This document shows, piece by piece, positions 57,440 to 64,000 of a stretch of DNA of 64,000 nt. Below the pieces are notes generated by a model, which was not told the origin of the DNA, did not search any database, and saw only the letters and a list, made by a program, of their open reading frames with translations. The stretch is from Paraspadella gotoi (taxonomy: Eukaryota > Animalia > Chaetognatha), in NCBI GenBank assembly GCA_051294375.1, contig CM119263.1:25882436-25946435 (forward strand), in the 5' to 3' direction. The first letter of the stretch is position 1, and each line of letters opens with the position of its first letter. The position numbers and the translations under genes were made by a program.

Positions 57440-58729
57440 TCACCCTCCAACACCCCCATCTTCGCGACAGGGTCGGACTTGGGTGTCCGTCCCTCGACAC
57501 TCCACGTCCTCAAAGACATTCCCGACGAGGCGACGACAACGACGACGACGACGCTGAAATCCGATTCGACGATGACGCAGGGGGCGGCACCTGGATAAGG
57601 ACAGGTGCCAGTTAGAAGGTTGGAATCGAATGTCCCAAGAAGGAAAATCCGTCAACCGGATCTCGTAGTATAAATGAACGAATCAAATACGCAATAGGAA
57701 AATAGGGAGCGACCAGAGCAGCTAAAATATTACTTCTTTGTCGAATTTAATTAAAAAATATATATTTGTCATTAACAAGATTTAAATCAATATGTTACAA
57801 TTACAACACTTAATAGTATAATAGTTTTGGAAGTATTTTAGATAACCTAAAATAACGGGCGTAAAATTCATTGTCTCGGCCTCAACTATTAAACATCCAA
57901 TTGACTCCTTCCCAATAACTTTCTTTTATCCGAACTCCCTCACCTGGACCACTCGCTCCAACTCCCCCACTTCTCCTCTTCCTCTTCCTTCACCTCCACC
58001 ACCCTGATCCCCTCGTCCTTCTTCCTCTTCCTCCTCCCCTTTCCGACCTTTTTAATCTTCTTCTCTATTCCTTGAAGGACGAAAGCCACACCCGCTTGAG
58101 GTTCGTCCTAAAATAGATAGTTATTTAAATATTGTTCGACCAAATTTAGTAGTATATTATTTTCTATTTTTTGAATATTGATGTAATAAATTTATCCTGC
58201 CTTTGATCTACTCCTGGCGTCGGGTTTAAAGGAGAGTGGGAACGGGTCGTCGACGTCGTCGTCGTCGTCGTTATCATCTACAAAAGAAATGCAAATCTTA
58301 TCAATTTACTCTTTGTTAACCAACCCCTCATGTCATGGCTTTTATTTAACATTTTAAATTTAATAACGACAGCTCCATAGCAGCTTAGAACTTTAAAAGC
58401 AATTCACAAGGTATACGTAACTACTTTTTTTCACAATTTTTCAGCGTTCACGCACCTTTAAAGATTTTCTATGGAACTAACAAGATGACATCATGTCTTT
58501 TAAAATAGCATTTTGACCCATAAAATTTCATTAAAACTACGATAACAGTTTGCATCAAGTAATCAACTCTCAAAATCAATTTACATGCATTGGAGCAGCC
58601 TCCAGTTTGATTAGGAAGCAAAATTCGTTTTATCAAATTCTTACAACGAAGTTCGAAAGTCAATCGTGACGTGTGTGCTGTCGCGAGCAATTTGAAGAGC
58701 AACAAAGAGTAGTTACTAATGAAAAACAT
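57440..58729 (-). CDS. Small, probably secreted protein with one thrombospondin type 1 (TSP1) domain
   Basis: Exons 58729(or 58849)-58645, 58277-58201 (GC donor), 58107-57944 and 57590-57440 join in phase. They give ...WGSWSEWSRCRP...GFQRRRRRC...VECRGTDTQVRPC. The first two exons are less certain. Confidence 0.65.
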
Positions 58730-59381
58730 GATAAGAATTGTGCAAATGCAAAAGATGAAGAACAAAAACAGATTATGAAAATTGTTGATGCGCAAGCATA
58801 ATGAAAGCCTAATGGAAAAAAATATATATATGTGTAAACATTTTCTCATATCAAATCATTTTTTCTTTTTCCTCGTTTTTCTTATTAAATGCTTTTCTTT
58901 TTTCTTTCTTTCTTTCTTTCTTTCTATTGCATTGTATTTTATTGTATTGCTTTCTATTGTATTGTAATCTACACGGTCTGTTTTTATTAACGTTTTTGTG
59001 ATGTTTTCCATCGACATCTCAGCAAAAATTGCCTCGATGATATCGAAAGGATGAATCTCGTACAATCCATTTTGCTAGATTAAACGAAAAATATTGCCTT
59101 TTTTTTATCATCGTTCCTCTTTTTTTTCCCTCTGTATATCGTCAATCTATTGATATTACTGATCGTCACTCCTCGCTTTGCCTCCGAATTACAACTTCGA
59201 AGCGAATAACAATAAAACAAAAAAATTCAATCTCGGTAAATAAAATTTTCAGCAAAATTTTACAAAAAACGGTGAAAATTTATTTTGTGAATACCTCTTT
59301 ATCATTCTTTATTAGCTTTGTTCCTTTTGGAATCGTTTTAGGAGAAGCTTCTCACAGAATACCTGACTGTGCCTTGATACT

Positions 59382-60120
59382 ATGCCGGTCCAACAAAAAA
59401 AATGGTCAGGTGAAATTACGACAATTGCAATTTTATGTCACTGGGTTTTTTCAGAATGAAAAACTAAGTAGTACAAGAAAAATTAATATAGAAAAAAATA
59501 AATGAATATTCCTAAATTGATTTGCATTTCTCTTTTGCGACAGATCGAAAAAAGTTGTTTTCGGTCTTTTTGGCCAATTTTCTTCACGTACTCGACTTGG
59601 GGACTGACCTCAAGACGATGGCCGATCATTTCTATCTGGGCCACAACTATTTTGGTTGGGTGTTTTTGGGTTCGTTGGTCTTTCACAACATCGTCTCGTC
59701 ATCTTTCAGTTTGTTCGTGATTTCCAAAAACTCAGATCGTTTTCCGATTCTTTGGAAAACAAAAATGCGAAAGTTGTTAGCGATCGCACTGCATATAGCA
59801 GGGTTGGGTTCCTTGGTTTTGTCAATGGATATTTATTTGGATGACGGTTGCCAAAAAAAAAAAAATTAAGAATCATAATTTCTTGGCGCTTTTTTACAAA
59901 GAAGCCCCCTTGCTGCGGCTCCTGAAGCAGCGGACTCAAACACACGCACAAAAATTGTATCTTTTGCTGCTTCCATCGTCGTTTTATGCGTCACTCCTTT
60001 TGTCGTCGCTCTCACCGTCGCAACTGCTTCATCCATCGTTCGAATTATCGTCGTCGTTTCTGTCAATCCCGATCCTGGCGGAGGCTTAATTCTTTCTCTC
60101 TCTGAGTCACCCAGCAAGCC
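59382..60120 (+). CDS. N-terminal part of a divergent XK-related membrane protein (continuity unresolved)
   Basis: Exon 59382-59409 joined to the exon from 59544 gives MPVQQKKWSDRKKLFSVFLANFLHVLDLGTDLKTMADHFYLGHNYFGWVFLGSLV, matching the XK-family D-x-x-T-D first TM hairpin. The frame stops after an A13 run at 59853-59865. Confidence 0.5.
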
Positions 60121-60159
60121 ATAATTTTATTGTTACAAAAGTAGCGTCGGGAAAAATTA

Positions 60160-60268
60160 CCCTAATCTCTTACCTTAATCCCAACGCTAATCCCTAACCC
60201 TAATCCCTAACCCCAACCCCTAATATCTATCCTCTAAACTAACCTTATCCCTAACCGAAACCCTAAAC
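60160..60268. repeat. Degenerate (CCCTAA)n telomere-like tract
   Basis: Multiple ccctaa/cctaa/cccaa units. Confidence 0.65.
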
Positions 60269-60864
60269 AATTAATCCATCGTTCAAATTATCGTTCAAAT
60301 TATCGTCGTCGTATTTGTCGATCCAGCCAGAGAGAGCGAGAGAGATTCGCTGCTCCATCATACGGCAAGGGGGCATCGATGTTAGAAAATGTCAATTTCT
60401 ATTATATTACACAGATTATGATTATGAAAACAGATGCTGAATAGCAGCTAAGAAATTTTCTTAAAAAAATAAAAATAAATATTTGAGCGTTTTTTAATCA
60501 TAAATAATTACTTTAATAAGAATTTTTTGCCTGCTTGTCAGTCGCTTTGTCTGGTTGTCTGGAGATTTTAGATTACCTAAGTATATTGTTTAAAAAAAGT
60601 GATGATGGCGATAGAAACAAAAAAACAATAGGCGTCACCGTAAGGGCAGAACGGCTCAACGTCCAACGGCAGAGATTTTGACATCTGAGTCCCAAGTTTC
60701 CCGATTCGCGATGGAACGTCGCGAAGAAAGCGAATATCTGGCTTATTTTTGAGAGAATGAAAGAATGAAATCGTTTCGAAAAAATAATAAGTTTTTAGTT
60801 GGCATAAAAAAAAAAGAAAAGAAAAACAAAAATTTATATTAAGGTTTATGAAGTTTTTTAAATT

Positions 60865-61107
60865 AACAAGATGGCCGAGTGGTTAAAAACTAAGACTTTG
60901 ACGCGGAGTGAAATGGTAGGATTCGAATCCAACTCAAGGTAAACTTTTACAATAAACTGCTATGTCCCAAAAGTGGTCATAGAGCAATGGCTTACCGAAG
61001 GGGGAGTAGCCATATGCGTACTCGATAGCAAGACAAAAATTATCTTTTGTACTCGAGTTACAGAGCCTGCCGTCTCAGAAATTCTAGACGGATGCTACTG
61101 TACTTAA
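60865..61107 (+). mobile_element. tRNA-derived SINE-like element (second family)
   Basis: A-box tggccgagtgg and B-box-like gattcgaatcc without a cloverleaf, followed by a GC-balanced body in AT-rich context. Confidence 0.5.
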
Positions 61108-61714
61108 TTTTTTTTTTGGCAAACCCAATCAAAGTTTTAAATGATGGTGTCACAATAACATTCAAGGCAGGGATAAATATTTTATTTTTTTCTCACAGAT
61201 AATTGAATAATAATAATAATAACTGAATTCATACTAAATATTAAAGTACCAAAATTATAAATCTTTTAACTAACACATTTATTAAACAAATTTTTATTGA
61301 TGATGAAGATAATTTTGTTGTAAAAGATATTCTTCTTTAGAGACAATTATATTAAAAAAAAAATAAGTTTTTTTTATTGAATAACCTTGCAAAAACTTTA
61401 TTTTTTCTAATCGAATTTTTGAAGATTTTTTTTTTAAATTGAAAAATAAAGTGCATAGGCTGACGGGAAAAAAAATTTATATTTAAAAATTTTATAGTCC
61501 AAATCTTTTAATTTTGAAATATCTTTACGACATATTGCGAGGCGAAAGCAGAGAAGAAAATTACGATAGGAAAGAATGAAGCAATATAAAAGAAATAAAA
61601 GAAAGATGCGAAAGAAAATTAAATATTTACCGTTGCACACTTGAAGTCCAAATTATTATCCGGCGTCGACATCATTCACATTCTATTAGAATCTTACGTC
61701 CAAATGCTGATTCA

Positions 61715-63526
61715 ATGCGAGTCATAGCCCATTCCTTACTGTTCGACAATAAAAAATGCATTCCCGACTTACTCGATTTTGCCCGCAACCAGCGTAAGAA
61801 GAAACTATTGGGAAACATGTACCGAGCAATGAACGACGGAACGATCGTCAGCCTCGGAAAAACCTGCGACTGCAAACTTAACGAAAAAATCGAAATAATC
61901 TGCGAGTGGAAAATCGATTTTTACTGGACCATTTTCTCCGTGATAATATCCATGTTAAGTTTGACCAAGGCCGCTGCTCAAATGAGGGTGAATAACTGGG
62001 TCCAACGTCCGTTGAAGCCGAAAGAGATTTCGCTCATTGTATTCGGCGTCGTTCAAGAAACCTTCGGACTCTCAGTCTCTCTCTATTTCATTTACGTCAA
62101 CGCCCTGAAATTATCCTCTTTGTTTCTCCTCTTCATTGTTCCTCTAATTCTTCGCGTCTTTACATTGACCGAGCTGAGATTCTTTTTGTCATTTTTACGC
62201 CGACTGGCGATCTCCGGTGACCAAACCGTCTTGAAAAGGGAGGGCGCAGCAAATTCTTGGTTCCAATGGTGGATCAAAATTTTTTTTCCTCTGTTCATCT
62301 TGGCTACGCGCTTCGCATACAATGACGACGTCTGTATTATTGGTCACATATCATGGGGAATAGGAATACTTGGTGTACGGTTGAATAGTTTTATGGATTT
62401 TACCCTGGAAAAAAAAGAAGCCGTTGAAAATTCAACAAATCTGCTATGGTCAATGAGGACCGTTCATTTGAAACACAATTCTAATTGGAGCACGTTCATG
62501 AAACAATTATTAAAATCGCTTCAGAGTGAGAAGTATTTAAGCAATTTGACATACTCGACGATAACTGAATCTTCCTACACTCTAATGCTTGGTAACCAAT
62601 CTTTTTTGAATCCGTCTGCTGAAAGAATAGCGTTATTAATTTTTTTGGATGTTGCTACAGTTTTGTGCTACAAAACATTCATTTTGATTCATAACCACAA
62701 AATTCGTACTTGGTTTTTAAAGTTAGAATCCTTTTGCTTCGTGAGCGCATTGGCATTTTTATATTTTCTACAAACGCTTCACGAAGGAGACAATTTGGAT
62801 AAAGAAATCGTAATATTTGAAAAAATAGTCGCCAACTTTTTCCCATTATTTATTTGCGTAGTCGCCACCAGAGTGCTACAGATACTGATACAGCACATAA
62901 TTGCAAAAAGATCTTGTCTCCCGTTGGTTGCCTTTTTAGTTATAGCGTGCGCCTCGTTGCCATTGACAACCTTTTGGGTTATTCGTGGACCCGAAATTAA
63001 GGGACAGATTGAATCAGTGATTAAAGGATTGTGTGGAGGTCATGGTGTATACTATGGACCCATTCCAGGATATGCCTGGAAAGACAAATTTTTATTATTC
63101 TACGGTTATGCTAAACTAAATTCGCGTTTCTTCTTTTATTTTCCCCTTGCATTTTTACCTTTATTAAATATAAGCTACGCTCTTGTAGTAAAAATACAAC
63201 AAAGTCGTCATAACTTGAACTTCACAATTTACATTTTTATCGTTTTAATATTTTATTGTTTTGTTTGGGCCTGTTTAAAGATCGGGGAAAAAAAAGTTCA
63301 TTTTCGTTCTAATATATCTTTTTGGTCGTTGTGGATTTTGGCATTTGTCTGTTGTGAGAGGGGAGACATGTATGATAATTGTTTAGAACTTTTCTTATGG
63401 TTAAATCAGACAAATAACTACAGAGAATATGTACAATATGCAGAACAGATTCAGACTAATTTTTATTATTTTCCAAGTCTAATTTTTTTAATAATCCCGT
63501 CATTAGTTTTGCTTACCCATGACTAA
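61715..63526 (+). CDS. 603-codon multi-pass membrane protein ORF, probably the C-terminal part of the XK-related locus
   Basis: Long non-repetitive ORF with many hydrophobic segments. SVIISMLSLTKA resembles an XK TM motif, and LLESYVQMLIQ (similar to XK ESxPQLxLQ) lies just upstream in a shifted frame. Confidence 0.65.
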   Translation: MRVIAHSLLFDNKKCIPDLLDFARNQRKKKLLGNMYRAMNDGTIVSLGKTCDCKLNEKIEIICEWKIDFYWTIFSVIISMLSLTKAAAQMRVNNWVQRPLKPKEISLIVFGVVQETFGLSVSLYFIYVNALKLSSLFLLFIVPLILRVFTLTELRFFLSFLRRLAISGDQTVLKREGAANSWFQWWIKIFFPLFILATRFAYNDDVCIIGHISWGIGILGVRLNSFMDFTLEKKEAVENSTNLLWSMRTVHLKHNSNWSTFMKQLLKSLQSEKYLSNLTYSTITESSYTLMLGNQSFLNPSAERIALLIFLDVATVLCYKTFILIHNHKIRTWFLKLESFCFVSALAFLYFLQTLHEGDNLDKEIVIFEKIVANFFPLFICVVATRVLQILIQHIIAKRSCLPLVAFLVIACASLPLTTFWVIRGPEIKGQIESVIKGLCGGHGVYYGPIPGYAWKDKFLLFYGYAKLNSRFFFYFPLAFLPLLNISYALVVKIQQSRHNLNFTIYIFIVLIFYCFVWACLKIGEKKVHFRSNISFWSLWILAFVCCERGDMYDNCLELFLWLNQTNNYREYVQYAEQIQTNFYYFPSLIFLIIPSLVLLTHD

Positions 63527-63790
63527 AATTATTTCAGCATTTTTAATGTATGCAAAGTTCTTTAATCGTGCAAAGATTTCCAAAAGTTATAAAAAAAGTC
63601 GTTACGTAATAAACAATATTTTTTTTCTTTTTAAAAATGGATTTTTAAACGATTTCTTATGATTTTAATATCGTAATAGTAAAATAGATAATTTTTTTCG
63701 ATTAAATCTTTAACTTCATTTTTTCTCACTTGTGCTTTTTGGAAAATTATCATTTTGGCTGCCAAAATACAACCTATCATTTCAACTAAA

Positions 63791-63837
<47 letters not shown>

Positions 63838-64000
63838 TACAAACACACCCTCTTCCTCTTAACCTTATTAAATTGTTTCTTTTATGTCAAAACTTATTTT
63901 ATTATTTATTATGCTCGAAAAACATATACGCTGTTTCTTATTAAAAATCGTTTGTGAACAAAAAGAACTTTTTCTCTTAAAATCTTCAACGCAATGAAAA

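Noticed and set aside
60865-60940. Functional tRNA gene
   Set aside because: A and B boxes are present but no acceptor or anticodon stems form, so it is treated as a SINE head.

Overview
AT-rich, repeat-dense eukaryotic (animal, probably invertebrate) scaffold with GT-AG introns and three N gaps (33164-33173, 40527-40536, 47421-48376). Most ORF-track entries are microsatellite artefacts. By splicing exons manually I reconstruct: NF-YB (-, 4 coding exons); a 17-exon GPR158/GPR179-like class C GPCR (-); a secreted protein made of four hevein/CBM18-like modules (+), with frameshifted paralogous modules on the opposite strand; a small TSP1-domain protein (-); and a divergent XK-related membrane protein locus (+). 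The most striking non-coding signal is five copies of a short retroposed element carrying a minimal type I hammerhead ribozyme motif. Four of the five copies are flanked by target-site duplications (TSDs), and they show Penelope-like pLTR architecture. Also present are hAT, Tc1/mariner-type and 4-bp-TSD DNA elements, Helentron-type (HINE) repeats, tRNA-derived SINEs and minisatellites. All coordinates were read by eye and no database searches were run.
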